Positions 38,105 to 49,739 of a DNA stretch of 64,000 bases are shown in pieces. Where the stretch lies: assembly GCA_013265495.1 (NCBI GenBank), contig MU058198.1, forward strand, positions 2,244,419 through 2,308,418, read 5' to 3'. The notes beneath the pieces are model-generated. The model was given only the letters and a program-made list of their open reading frames with translations. It made no database searches and was not told the DNA's origin. Position 1 is the stretch's first letter; each line of letters starts with the position of its first letter. The position numbers and the translations under genes are program-made. Source of the stretch: Vicugna vicugna (lineage: Eukaryota).

Positions 38105-39625
38105 AAAATATTTGGGGTAATGGGAACAGGTTAGAGCTCTGAAATTAAAGACCAGAGGTAAGGTGACCCCAATCAAGTCCCAAGAACCTTAAGTTCAGGA
38201 AAAGAGAAATTCCTACTGTGCTCCAATTCCTTATATGGGCCAGTCATGGGCTATACATGAGGAGAGCTGAGAAAGATGGTACCCGCACACAGCTTTCTTC
38301 TTGGTGGTCGTACAGCCTGAAAACCTTACTGTTTTATCTGTCTGGCACAAATACATCCAGAATATGTGTCATGTCAGCTCAAGTAGAAAAAAGCAGTAAT
38401 AATGAACTTTTCCATGTTGGACTTACTTCTTGTAAAATGTTGAAACCCCATGTATCCAGGAACAAAGGAAGTTGTGAGAGTTGTAAACTGTCTTGTCCCC
38501 AAAAATGGTGCCTCCAAGCTAGCCAGGATTTCCAGGAAAGTGGGCACAAGGACCCTCACCTCTTGTTCACAGAGAGGCCATGGGTTGGTTGCTCTCGGCC
38601 TCTTGTGACTCTTCCCTCTTCTCACTTCCTTACCTCTTTCTGATCTCCCTCCTCTCTTGCCTCGTTGGTGTTGACCAAATGCTGTGATTTACACACGCTA
38701 CTCTCAGCCCATGACTGTTCTGCCCACAGTGACTGGTGGCAGCTAAGCCCTTTCTGTTTTGAGGGGTTGTGTTGTTTCTACCTGGCCCATAGGACCCGCT
38801 ACTGGAGTCAACATCTGAAGGGGTTCTCTACCATATGCTGACTACCACAGGTGGCGCGTGTTCTAAAGCATAAAATTTAAAGTTCAGAAAGTGAAGACTG
38901 TGGTTTGAGAAATGACCTAGATAAGAAAAACTGAGTGCAGATCCCTTAGCCACTACAAGCTGGTTGACGCTGAGTACATCACTTCATCTCTCCTTCCTCC
39001 ATCCTGAAGAAGGGGTTGGAAAGGTCCCCAACTGTGAGTAAGGGCTGGTTACATCATAATCACTTGCGGCATTGTTAAAGATTCATCTCCCCACACTTTG
39101 CCACAGTTCTGTATCAAACTCCCAGATGAGAGTGTATGTATGTTTTCATGGCACCTGGGCACCTGGGTTTGGGAACCCCTGCAGGAGATGATCCCCTGGG
39201 ATGCTTAGTGGTCACTGAGCCTGCTGCCATATCAGTCAGGCTTGGGTGGGACTGGACCTGGTGGCGGGGAGGGACTGCCAGACCTCTCTCAGGGAGTGTG
39301 TTTGGGGGACCCCAGGGAATCTGAGGAGGAAGAGAAAGTTACCACCTTTCACACATGTTGCAGGTTCTCTGCTGTCTTTCTTCAGGTCCTACCACAGGAA
39401 CGCAGCAGGTACCAGGGCTCTACTGGTCTAAACCATAGTTTTCTGCTGACCCTGAGGTTCTAATAATAGAAAAGAGATCCAAATCCCGCTCCCAGGCTTT
39501 TATGGGAGTGTAGAAAAGCAGAATTCCCAGGGAGAGGTTATGATCAACAAGGAAGAGGTAATCTCTTCCCTGAGGGCGAGGAAGGTTTTTCCCTGTCCCT
39601 GCCTCAAGCTGCAGTGGTGCAGTCT

Positions 39626-39639
39626 GTTACCTTGGAGAC
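39626..39639 (+). promoter_or_regulatory. RFX X-box in VWA3A promoter / 5' region
   Basis: GTTACCTTGGAGAC fits the X-box consensus GTNRCC-N(0-3)-RGYAAC-like typical of ciliary genes; a further half-site GTTGCCTAG at 39678. Confidence 0.65.
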
Positions 39640-39786
39640 CAGCTAACACTTCCCGGCAGGGCAAGTGTCACTGTTGAGTTGCCTAGAGGAGCTTGCAGGA
39701 ACTAGAAGTGGGAACCAGGAAAACAGGGTCCTGGGATGACCAGGGGCCCTTCTTCCAAAGATGGAGAAATACATGGAGAAATGAAG
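39640..39786 (+). other. VWA3A: VWA3A exon 1 (start approximate; apparently non-coding or uORF-bearing in this species)
   Basis: Donor AG|GTGAGG at 39786/39787. ATGGAGAAATAC and ATGGAGAAATGAAG resemble the short M-K-K-Y-R first coding exon I recall for human VWA3A; lies directly after the X-box. Confidence 0.6.
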
Positions 39787-40562
39787 GTGAGGCTGAATGT
39801 CACAAGGGTTGACAGGGTGGTAAGGGAGAAGGTGGGGGAGTCCCAGGCCCTAAGCTGTGGACTGAGGGAGAAAGATTTAGGGAGCTGGGGTCTTAAGCAT
39901 CTACTGTCTACATCCCAGGCATTATGCTAGGTGCTGGGGGTACAACAGTAGACTAGGAAGAAATGGGGCTGCTCTGGAGAAGGACCATGACAGCTTGGTA
40001 TGAAACAGCCAGGGAGCGGCAATGGGAGGAAATGATTTCCTCCATGGAGGTTGAGGGACAGCAAATGGGATTCAGGAAAGACTTCCTGGGTTTTCTTGTC
40101 AAACAGACAGGGCAAAGGGCATTTCTAGAAGAAGATTCAACCTGAGCAAAGACAGGTATGAAATAGCAAGGTATGTGTAGGGTTACCAGGAGAAGGATGC
40201 AGGATGAGGTGAGAGGTGAGCTAGGAACAGACCTGGAAGGAATGATAAGCCTTATGAAGTGTCCATGGCACTGAGAGGCCATGGCAGCGTTCTAAACAGA
40301 TAGCAATACGAACAACTCTGCATATCAGGAAAATCATTCTAGCAACAGATTGTGAAATGAGGCAAGGCTAGAGGTTAAAAATACAAACCCTGGGGGTGGA
40401 TGTATCCTGGATATTTAGTAGAACCCTAGATCCAGTTGTTACCAAACCAGGAAGTTAGCTGAATGTTTTCTTTTATCCACTAATCAGGGCTACCTCTCTC
40501 CCTTTGACAAGACGCCGTCTCCTAAGGACCAGTTTGCATGTTCTCTCCCTCTCCTGTGACCA

Positions 40563-40577
40563 GTCTCCCAAGGTAAC
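40563..40577 (-). promoter_or_regulatory. Second X-box in VWA3A intron 1
   Basis: GTCTCCCAAGGTAAC (reverse complement GTTACCTTGGGAGAC), nearly identical to the promoter X-box. Confidence 0.5.
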
Positions 40578-42499
40578 ATAGCCCACCTTTGTCTAAACCC
40601 TGGACCTGCCCTGAGTGCATTTATTCAACAAATGTTTTTTGAGCTGCTGCTGTGTTCCAGGCACTGATTACACAAAATGGTCTAGCAGTGAACCTAAGTC
40701 CCTGACCTCATGGATCTTACTTCTAGCGGATTGATGGGTTGGGGGAAGAAGGGAGAGAGACAAATCATAAATAAGTAAATACACAGAGCATCAGAAGATG
40801 GAACGTGCTACAGAGAAAAAACAGGGTACTACCCGAGATGAGGTACGCAAAGAAGACCTCTCTAATAAGGTTTCATTTGAGCAGAGGCCTGAGGGTAAGG
40901 GCCGTGTGCTGGCCAGCTCTGCGTCCCCGGCGCCAGCTCTCTCTGGCACCCAGCAGGCACTCTATAAAGTGTGCATGGAATGAATGGTTGCTGAAGTGTC
41001 AGGTGCTGAAGGGCTTAAAGATGAGGCAGCTTTTCCAAATGGAATTCTGCCTTCCCCTAGCACTTTGCACTCTACATTCTAGCTTTCATTTGATCCTGTT
41101 GATGGTGGAATTGAAGGAGGCAGGGCAGTTATTATCCCCATGCCATTCTGCAGGTGAAGAAACCAAAGGGCCCGTGCTCTCTCTAGCACACAGCATTGCT
41201 TTGTTAGTTTCACGCAGTCCAAACACTCCTGCTTCGGCCCAAGCAACTCACCCAGAATCCAGTCGTGAGAGCCTCTGAATTCTTAAGTTGTTAATCACTC
41301 ACTGAAAAGAGGGGACTGAGACATTGTAGGGCATCCAGTGCCCATGAGATATTTTATTTCAACAGTCTCTGCCACGAGAGTCTCCCAGCAAAGCATACTG
41401 AAGTTAAGCCAGTTGTTTTTTTGAGACATTACCGCATTACCTTGGTGCTTCCCAGAAAAGAACGCACCTCTAAATAAAAGATTAAAGACCCCAAAGAGAA
41501 AGGCTATTTAATTTAATGGTTTCATAAGAACACACATTCTAATGTTCAAGCTGCAATCCATCTGGAGTTTCTCACGTGCTGTGTTTTAGCCAATTTTACT
41601 TTTTATTGCAAGTAACAGAAACCTAAAGGAGGTAGCTTAAGCAAAAAAGGTAGGATTTGTGTTTTCAAATCTGAGGGGGTGTCAGGAGGCCAGTTAAGGT
41701 CTATCCCAGTCATTTAAGGCAGAGATGACAGTGGCCTAGACATGAGAAATGTCAGTGGACACAGAAATAAGTGGAGAGATTTGAGAGACGTAAGATTAAC
41801 AAGATTCGGTGACGGATTGGAAATGGGGAACGAGGTGTCAATAATTCCCAGGTTTCTGCCTCATAAAGGAGATGGATGGTGGCTCTTTACTCTAAGCCCA
41901 GGGACAAGGAGAAGAGGATGGGTTGTGGGGAAAATGAATTCAGTCTTGCACATGTTGAGACTGAGGTGGAAACACCCAGTGTCCATGAACACACAGGGCT
42001 GGAGTCAGAGTGAGAGGTCTGGGCTCTTGACATACAGTTGGGAGTCACTGATGTGCAGGTGATAGCTGAAGCCAAGGACAAGGGTAAGCTCGCCCAGGAA
42101 AAGAGGAGAGAGAGAAGGAGTGTGCATGGTTCCGCCTTGAGGAACACCTGCTTAAAACGCTCAGGTAGAGGAGGAGGAGCCTGCAAAAGACACTGAGAAG
42201 GAGCAGGCAGAGGGAGGATGAAGCTGGAGGGAACAACCTCTCACTCCACTTTCCTCTGAAGATAGCCTTTCCCTGCTGCTGAATGTACGTGGTGGCCCCA
42301 TGGTGCTTTATTCCGAATTCCCAAAGAGGACTGATTGGTCCGTCTTGCACAGTCTGCCACTGGTTCCACATGCTGCGAGGCGTAGGCTTCAGGGACACAC
42401 CCTCTTGAGTGCAGGTGCAGCTCTCAAAGGAAAGAACTCAGCCTCATCTCAGTATTTTTCCTACCCCCCTTCCCCTTCTCTAAATCCTTATGGTCACTT

Positions 42500-43062
42500 G
42501 CTGTCCTCTCTGCCCAGTCCAGCCTTCACCATACTCTGAACACGGCCACCTCCTTTTTATCCTTCAAGAAGGTCTAAGCTCTAAAGACACCTTCACTGAC
42601 CACCTTACCTATGTGAAGTAGACGCCTTTCCTGATTACTCTCTATCATATCATCCAGTTTACTTCCTCCACCGCACTTCCCACCAATTATAATTACTGGG
42701 TTTAATTTTTTAATATCAGTCTCCCTCTCTAGAATGTAAGCTCTGCGGGGACAAGGACAATGTCTAGCTCAGTGGTTCTCAACCAGGGATGATTGTGTGA
42801 TGTCTAGAGACATCTTTGGCCATTACAACTTGGGGGAGGGGGTAGGGATGCTACTGGCATCTGATAGGCAGAGGCCAAGGGTACTGCTGAGAATCCTTCA
42901 ATGCACAGGACAGCCTCACGACAAAGAGTTTTCCTGTCCAAAATGTCACAAGTGGTGAAGCTGAGAAACCTTTGTTATCTTGTTCACCACTGTATCCTCA
43001 GCATCTAACACAAAGCCTGATGCCCAGCAGGTGTCCAATAAGTATCTATTGAAAGGATGAAT
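42500..43062 (+). mobile_element. L2 3' end interrupted by MER20
   Basis: tagaatgtaagctc...ttgttcaccactgtatcctcagcatcta...caataagtatctattgaaaggatgaa. Confidence 0.7.
42769..42972 (+). mobile_element. MER20-like hAT MITE about 190 bp upstream of VWA3A exon 2
   Basis: cagtggttctcaacc...gctactggcatct...tgcacaggacagcc...tgagaaacc. Confidence 0.85.
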
Positions 43063-43183
43063 TAAAGAAAAGTTGAGCTGAACAGAGATACCCTCCAAGG
43101 CTGCTATCTATATGCTGACCTCATCCTTTGCTTTTCTGGTATTTCTTGCCTCCCTAGGAAAACAAGCACTGGGCATTTTTCTA

Positions 43184-43245
43184 ATGGCTACACAAACTAT
43201 TCATGCCTTCCATGGCCAAGATAAAAAATTTCTGGAAAATCACTG
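43184..43245 (+). CDS. VWA3A: VWA3A exon 2 coding part (exon 43158-43245; first in-frame ATG at 43184)
   Basis: Acceptor ccctag ending 43157, donor gtaagc at 43246; MATQTIHAFHGQDKKFLENH(C). Confidence 0.85.
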
Positions 43246-43559
43246 GTAAGCATCTTCTCTGGTTTTTCAAAGGAAACAACAACATTTTGTTCATGGGGGC
43301 TGAGAAGGGGGAGATACCTGCCTTGAAGTGAGGCTGGGGAAAATGGTCATGGCCTCATCTGACACCTGAGCGCTCCAGTTTTCTAACCACCAGAACAATA
43401 GAATAAAGTGTCTTACGAAACCGGAGTCCACATCTTATCAGGGTCTACAGGAAACCTTCGCAGTTACTGCACAGAAATAAAAACCTCTCTGGAGGCCCTG
43501 ACAGTGTGGAGGCAATGTCTGGTGCTGGGACACTGATCCAACCTCGTTGTGTTTTGTAG

Positions 43560-43683
43560 CATGAGGAGGTACAATGACGGAGATCCGAAGAAGCAACTGA
43601 ACCAGAAGAATATCCATGCACTTGGCCAAAATCTAGACGATGGACTACTAGTTACACACGTTAACCAGACACAGGACTTACTG
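43560..43683 (+). CDS. VWA3A: VWA3A exon 3
   Basis: ttgtag acceptor, gtaaaa donor; MRRYNDGDPKKQLNQKNIHALGQNLDDGLLVTHVNQTQDLL; phases match both neighbours. Confidence 0.9.
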
Positions 43684-44800
43684 GTAAAAACCCATACTAC
43701 TTTGACTGAGTCTCAGTGCTTATAAATCATGGTCAGGAAAAGCACAATGTGTTAAACTCTGGGTATTTCTTTCTTCACATAGGATTAGTTAAGCATTCAT
43801 CTCTACTCCCCTGCCTTTAGAAATGACTGAAGAATTTCTGTGCTGTTTAAGACCTTGTATAACCTTCTAGGCCATATCATTAAACATCAATAAACATTGA
43901 AGACTCTGTCCATGTTATCAAAGCATGACAACTAAGGAATTTAATTCCAAAATTCCCCTTCCTGAGATTTGTTTTTCTTGTAGGGTTCCCTAAAATCTAG
44001 ATCCAAAAGTCAGCTTTAGGAAGTGCCGTGGAAGCAAGAGTTATGGCAGGGGAATTCACTTCTAGAATAACCAGAATAACCCTCCATGTGTCAGTGAGCT
44101 GTCTCCCTGTGATGGTGCGTGGAATGTCGAGAACTCAGAGTTCACTCTGCCATAGAAACCATTGTCATCAGAGGTTGTCAGGTGCAAGCCTGGCCCGTAG
44201 CCACCTGCCTATTCTACACCAGAGTTTAAAGATGATACCTTTGAAATAATAATCAGTCAAAAACAATACAGTTTTAATGCTGACAATTAAACAATCAGGA
44301 AAATAGTTACGTTTTGTTTTCCTCAAGTATTGGCACTTATGGGAAGGCAAGTTTAATTAGAAGGAAATGAGGAAATAGAGCCTTGAGATTCTGAAGGATT
44401 CTTTCAATGACTTTAGATGTTGATGCTATGAGTCTTTATTTCACCGATGTTCATATCGAATACATGACTTCCCAAGTGTACAAGGACCACTCTTACGTTT
44501 ATCAGCCACAACCAGGGCCGCCTCTGCCTCACAACAAATAGCGGGAAAGAGGGAAAGGATCCCCCCATCACAAAGATCTTACTGTTCTGTACGTAAAGCA
44601 TGCACTTCAGTATCTAATCTGTATGTTCTGCAGTCAAAAATCTATCATGTGTTTAATAGTGGGTCTTCAGATATCAGTAATACAAAATCCACGTCCGAAA
44701 ACATGATGGATCGTTTCAAAGGCAAGTAAAATGGAAGAAAGGTGAATTAGAGGTCTACCAAGCTCGGCGTTGTCAACCAGGGAGACCTGAGAGATGAGAA

Positions 44801-44830
44801 GAGTGACATCTAGTGTCCACAGGATGCAGC
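44801..44830 (-). promoter_or_regulatory. Candidate CTCF site with upstream module
   Basis: Minus strand reads GCTGCATCCTG-TGGACACTAGATGTCACTC; core resembles TGGCCACTAGATGGCAC and CTGCA lies at the usual upstream spacing. Confidence 0.5.
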
Positions 44831-44951
44831 GCAGGGTTTCCCTAAGTGTGGGACGGGGCTAAGATTATCCCGGGTGCTGTTGGAGGGCTGGACTTTAATC
44901 AGCGTAGAACCGTGCCCTTCACAAAGACAGTCAGAGTTTGGTGGTAATTTA

Positions 44952-45155
44952 AAGGCAATATAGTATTGTGCTTATGAGCGTGACCATCCCAGCTCTACCA
45001 CTTACTAGCTGTGTGACTTTGGACAAATTACTTAATCCTCTATACTACGGTTTCTTTGTCAGTTAAGTGAGATTGATCTGCAGACTTAAATGAGTTAATA
45101 CATGGAAAGTGCTTGACACAGAATAAGTGCTATTTAGGTGTTTGCTCTAATTATT
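44952..45155 (+). mobile_element. MIR
   Basis: atcccagctctaccacttactagctgtgtgactttggacaaattacttaa...ttaaatgagttaatacatggaaagtgctt. Confidence 0.85.
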
Positions 45156-46311
45156 AGTGGTTCTCATGCTTCTTTAAAGCTTGCCAATTTCCTTTTGAAA
45201 CAGAGGGTGAGCAGACCTCAGGCACAGAGCGTAAAGCATCCAGTACTATCTGGCTGGACTATGAGGGCAGTGTTTTATTATCATTGTCCTTGTTTGCTTG
45301 TTACCTTTTTCTTCATGACCAAGCCTGAGGGGGAACTAAGGGTCATTGTCAAGAACTGTTATGCAGCAACACTCAAGGCTGGGTTCTCTACCTCACACCC
45401 ATTTTACAGGTGAAGAAAGGGACTCATGACTTGTCACGCATCAGGAAGCTAGTGGAGAGCCAGGACTGCACTCCCTCCTTCCCGCCCATTCTTCCTCTGT
45501 CCTTTCCTCCTCCCACATCCTCTATCCAATCTAATCCTGTCTAGTGCAGCTCAGTCAGCTACAGCAGATGGTTTCAACCCCTTGACCACCACCTCACCCT
45601 GTCCAGTGATAGCCTGACAAACACGAGCCCAAGCAATACCCACTCGGGGTTCCAGCAGGTGCACTGGGGACAAGCAAAGCCATGGCCCTAAATGTGGTGC
45701 GCATTCCAGTCGTCAGATGCTGCAGGGCAGTTTCTCTCACTGTGGGTAATTTAAAGGCAGTATAGTATTGTGATTTTGAGTATGATGTGGTTATGAGCGT
45801 GACCATCCCAACTCTACCACTTAATAGCTATGTGACTTTGGACAAATTGCTTAATTCTCTATATTTCGAATTACTTAATTTTCTCACTGTGGGACTGAGC
45901 TGGCCTCCTTACAATGCCGTTCCACACCCTCAGCCAGTCACGGCCAACTCCAGCAACAGTTAAGGCCCACCGAGATTACATGAACAGTGATGGCTGTGCC
46001 TGAAGCTCCTGCAGAATCCCTGCCTGACCTGGGCCTTGCACACCTTTCCAGTCTCCTCTCACGTCATACCTACCCTGTATTCCCTATGCTCCCACCACAG
46101 TGGCCCCCTCTCTGTTCTCCCAACACTCTGCCCCTGCCCCTGTGCGCTCCTCTGCCTGGACTGTGTGTTCCCAGCTATGCACGGGGCTGGCTCCTCCTAC
46201 ACCTTCAGATCTCGGCTCAGAGGGGCCTTCTCTGACCCCCACCTCAGCTAAAGTGACCTCCCCATCTCCACTCTCATCACTTGCTATCACATTCCTCTGC
46301 TCCACTTTCTT

Positions 46312-46401
46312 CTTCTTTTTTTTGGTGGAGGTACTGGGGATTGAACCCAGGACCTCATGTATACTAGGCATGCACGCTACCACTGAGCTATACCTTCCCC
46401 C
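46312..46401 (-). mobile_element. Short tRNA-Ala-derived SINE (Vic-1-like)
   Basis: Reverse complement of the same head plus a T-tract; TSD CTCCACTTTCTT (46300-46311 and 46402-46413). Confidence 0.9.
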
Positions 46402-46929
46402 CTCCACTTTCTTAATAGAATTGTTCCTTTCTGAAATCATGTACATTGATTTTTCTGTTTTCTTTACTGACCGTCTACCCACACTAGAGTGTAAGCTCCA
46501 AGAAGGCCAGAACATTTCTATCTTGTTCATACTGTAGCCCTGGCAGGTCCTGTGCTAGTTCACAGCAAAGCTCAGAACAAGGTGAAGTGAGCTCAGCACC
46601 TCAGGTCAGCTCCCTCCACCTTCTGGCTCCCGGAATGTATCACCAATGGTGAATGCTTGCCATGAACGACTCTGCTCCACCACCAAGGCCACACCCACAT
46701 CCTGAGCTTAGCACTGTGTAAGTGACACTCGCGTCACTAGGCAGAAGCAAGGGGGCTTGTCCATTTCATGGTCAGACTCCTGTGGTGGCTAGGAGATGCT
46801 TTTGCTGAAACGTTTATCCTCTGCTTCTATTTCTGGAGTGGACAGGAAAACCCATTCCTCCTTCCACCTGCCAACAAATGTTTCACTGATAGGGAGGCAG
46901 AACTCACGCACTTGAGTGGATACGGAGAG

Positions 46930-47393
46930 TGCAGACATGGAAATAAACCAAAAAAAAAAATGACACAAATGAGAACAGAGGCATTTATAATGTGCTTGCT
47001 ATGGCAAGGAGTCAGCCACCATCACCTGGTTTTGGCAGAGAGTCAAAGGCAGGCAGGGGAGCAGGAAGGCTTTATAGTGAAAAACGAGAAGGCTCCGGGT
47101 GTGCCCTGAAGGAGGTTGTTGGCCTCCAGAAGCTGGAGGCGGGCTAACTGGAAGCCAGGCATCTCATGTGACTGGTTTGGGGGCATATGTGGCTTTCTCT
47201 GGTGGGTCCTGAGCTGGAAGGGGGATGAAAAGTAGGAAAGCTGGCAGTCACTGGCCAGAGTCTTGACCCTTCTGGTCCAGTTGCTTCAGTGGTTATGGTT
47301 TGGCTTCAGGGACTGGTCACTACAGAAGGTGTGTGTCAGTTTTACTGTCACATAGGATCTAGCCATTGTGTGTTTGTATATTCAGTCTCTCAC
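46930..47393 (-). mobile_element. Probable ERV1-class solo LTR (MER67-like; family uncertain)
   Basis: Ends ...tttgtatattcagtctctca (TG on the minus strand) with LTR-like composition; recognised from memory only. Confidence 0.4.
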
Positions 47394-47670
47394 AAGGCAG
47401 GATGTGAAGAGTGATCCTTGAATCATCTAGACACACGCTGGGGGTGAGGTGAGGGATGGGAACCAGTATTTCAGGGGCAGCTGGCCCAGAGCACAGGCAC
47501 CCGCATTGGTCTGTTCCCCCAGCAAGGTGAGTTCTTGAACAGACTGCTCTCAGGTAGGACCCATCAGGGCTGACAACCCTTGGGGATCCATGAGGAGGGT
47601 ACCAAAAGCACCCTCCACCTTGCCCTCTCTTTCCACTGTTTTCTGTTTGACTCTCACTTCGGTCTCGCAG

Positions 47671-47795
47671 AGGCTGCAGGGAGATGAGACCCAGCCTTCA
47701 GACTGGAAAGACTCGGAAGATTGGCTTTCAACACACAGTTTAAAGTCTGAGAAACTCACCTTGGCTGATCTGATGAGCCAGGGCACAGCTGTGCT
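47671..47795 (+). CDS. VWA3A: VWA3A exon 4
   Basis: tcgcag acceptor, gtaagt donor; RLQGDETQPSDWKDSEDWLSTHSLKSEKLTLADLMSQGTAV(L). Confidence 0.93.
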
Positions 47796-47892
47796 GTAAG
47801 TCCGAAGCCATTCCCCTCTCCCCCAAGCCTGCAAGACACACCCAGTCCCCCCTGAGCCCAAGAGACCCTTTCATAGGACGTTGCTTCTTCAG

Positions 47893-47970
47893 GGAGGAGG
47901 GCAGCAAGGTCATGAGGAAAATGCACTTCTCCACCTCGACCATCCACCGGTTCGAATCCAAGCTTTCTGA
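47893..47970 (+). CDS. VWA3A: VWA3A exon 5
   Basis: Follows a 97-nt intron; cttcag acceptor, gtgagt donor; EEGSKVMRKMHFSTSTIHRFESKLS(E). Confidence 0.92.
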   Translation, partial: GGGQQGHEENALLHLDHPPVRIQAF

Positions 47971-49637
47971 GTGAGTATGTTCCTCAACATCCTCCCAACA
48001 ACTCAGACCTCAGTAATTACCTCGTGTCAGCAGCCTGAAAGTGCCTTTCTTCAAACGACAATTTCAGTGGGACTTTGGGCAGGCCTCTTCCCACTTCTAG
48101 CCCCAGTTCCCTCTTTCCTCAAATAAAGAAGTCAGACCATATCAGTTTTTCTCAACCTTTTAAAATCCATGGTTCCTTTGGATGAACCCATAAAACCTCA
48201 CGGCCACATTTGATGTGTAATGGTTAAGAGTGATCACTTGCGATGACAAATCGGTTGGGTTCATACTTCTGCAGATGTATATCAAAAATATTCAGGCTCC
48301 CCCAACTTCCACCCCAGAATTCGATAGTACTACCCCCAGTGTAGCAATCAATTGGCCATGATTACTGCTTGTCTAAGGTTTCTTAAAAGGTTATAATCAT
48401 AATTAATAGCCAACACTTACGCATGTGTCAGGAATTCTGCTAAGGGCTGCACACATTATTTTATTTAATCCTCACAACAATTCAAAATATACTGTCACTC
48501 TCAGGCCAGTTAACCAGAAGTCAATTGCTAAATGACGAATTTGCCAAATTTATCAAAACATTTTCATTGTAATTTTTATAGCAAACTTTATTGGGTTGGA
48601 GGTTTAAACAGATTTTTAAAGAAGCCTGCAACATTTTGGTTGATTGGTTTTCATTGTGAATCCAGCGTTTTAAGGAATGCTCAGATCTGTTCAGTTAATC
48701 GGTCTTTTAGCAAATTGATTTTCAGAGAATTAGCTTTCAGTAAACCAACTTTTGGCAAATTGACTTGGATAGAGTCCTATTATCTTCTTGTTGGAGAGGA
48801 TGTGACTGGGGCTGAGGGGGTTTACCACACCTGTCCAGGGTCTTACAGCCCTTAAAGGGCAGAGCCGGATCTCAAAGACAAGCATATCCCATCCTGGAGC
48901 TCACGCCCTTTCCTGCATCCACACTCATGCGTGCCTGATCCCTCTGCCCACTGCCCATCATATCCAAAGCCCTTCCTTGCCCTTCTCTGGCTTCCAAATC
49001 CCACCTGCCCTCCATGAGGGCAATTCAGTTAAATTCACGTGACTGGGTCATTACCATAAGCATCTGGTACAGGCTGGTCTCCAAACAGCCCATCGGAATG
49101 GTTTGCAAGAAGAGTTTTCAATAAGGGAAGCTCAAGTACTTCCCCTGGCCACTTACTTTTCAAAAGCAGTTTTGTTCATCACTCCACTGATGAACTGCTG
49201 CAGGACTGTGTCACTTGTGCACTTATGGCCATGTCCAGGTGCCTAGGGAGTCTCGTCTGAGAAGACACGGATTCGAGAAGAGCAAGGGTGTTCTTCCGCC
49301 TTCCTCATGAGACTCCCCATCCTCACAGACTGATCCTCCCTCGAAGCCCGCCCTTAGTTCCTCCAAACCACGGCCGTTTATAACGCACACCGCATCACCA
49401 AGTGCACCATCCACACACTAGAACCCCTTTCACCATTCCCTCCAGCCTTTACCCCTGGCAAACAAATACCTTCAGCTTTCTCTTGGCTAGATTTTGCCTT
49501 ATATTCTCCCAACGCCTTAGGCACATTAAAAGGGGGGGGGGGAGCCCATGTGAATTTTCCTTCCACGTATGTCTAAGTGGCTGTTGCTCAGTAATGAAGC
49601 TGACCTTGGGTGACGAGTCTTTCTGGTGTTTTGACAG

Positions 49638-49692
49638 AGCTATTGAAGTCTATCAACAGAGAATTCAGTGGCTCACAGAAAACAGTAAGAAG
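49638..49692 (+). CDS. VWA3A: VWA3A exon 6
   Basis: tgacag acceptor, gtaaca donor; AIEVYQQRIQWLTENSKK. Confidence 0.92.
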
Positions 49693-49739
49693 GTAACAGA
49701 CATCGATTTCATTCTTTGCCCCTGCTCAACCATTCCCTC

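Noticed and set aside
38843..38858. CTCF-like taccacaggtggcgc upstream of VWA3A
   Set aside because: The 3' half fits but the conserved 5' CCAC/G positions are out of register; too weak to call.
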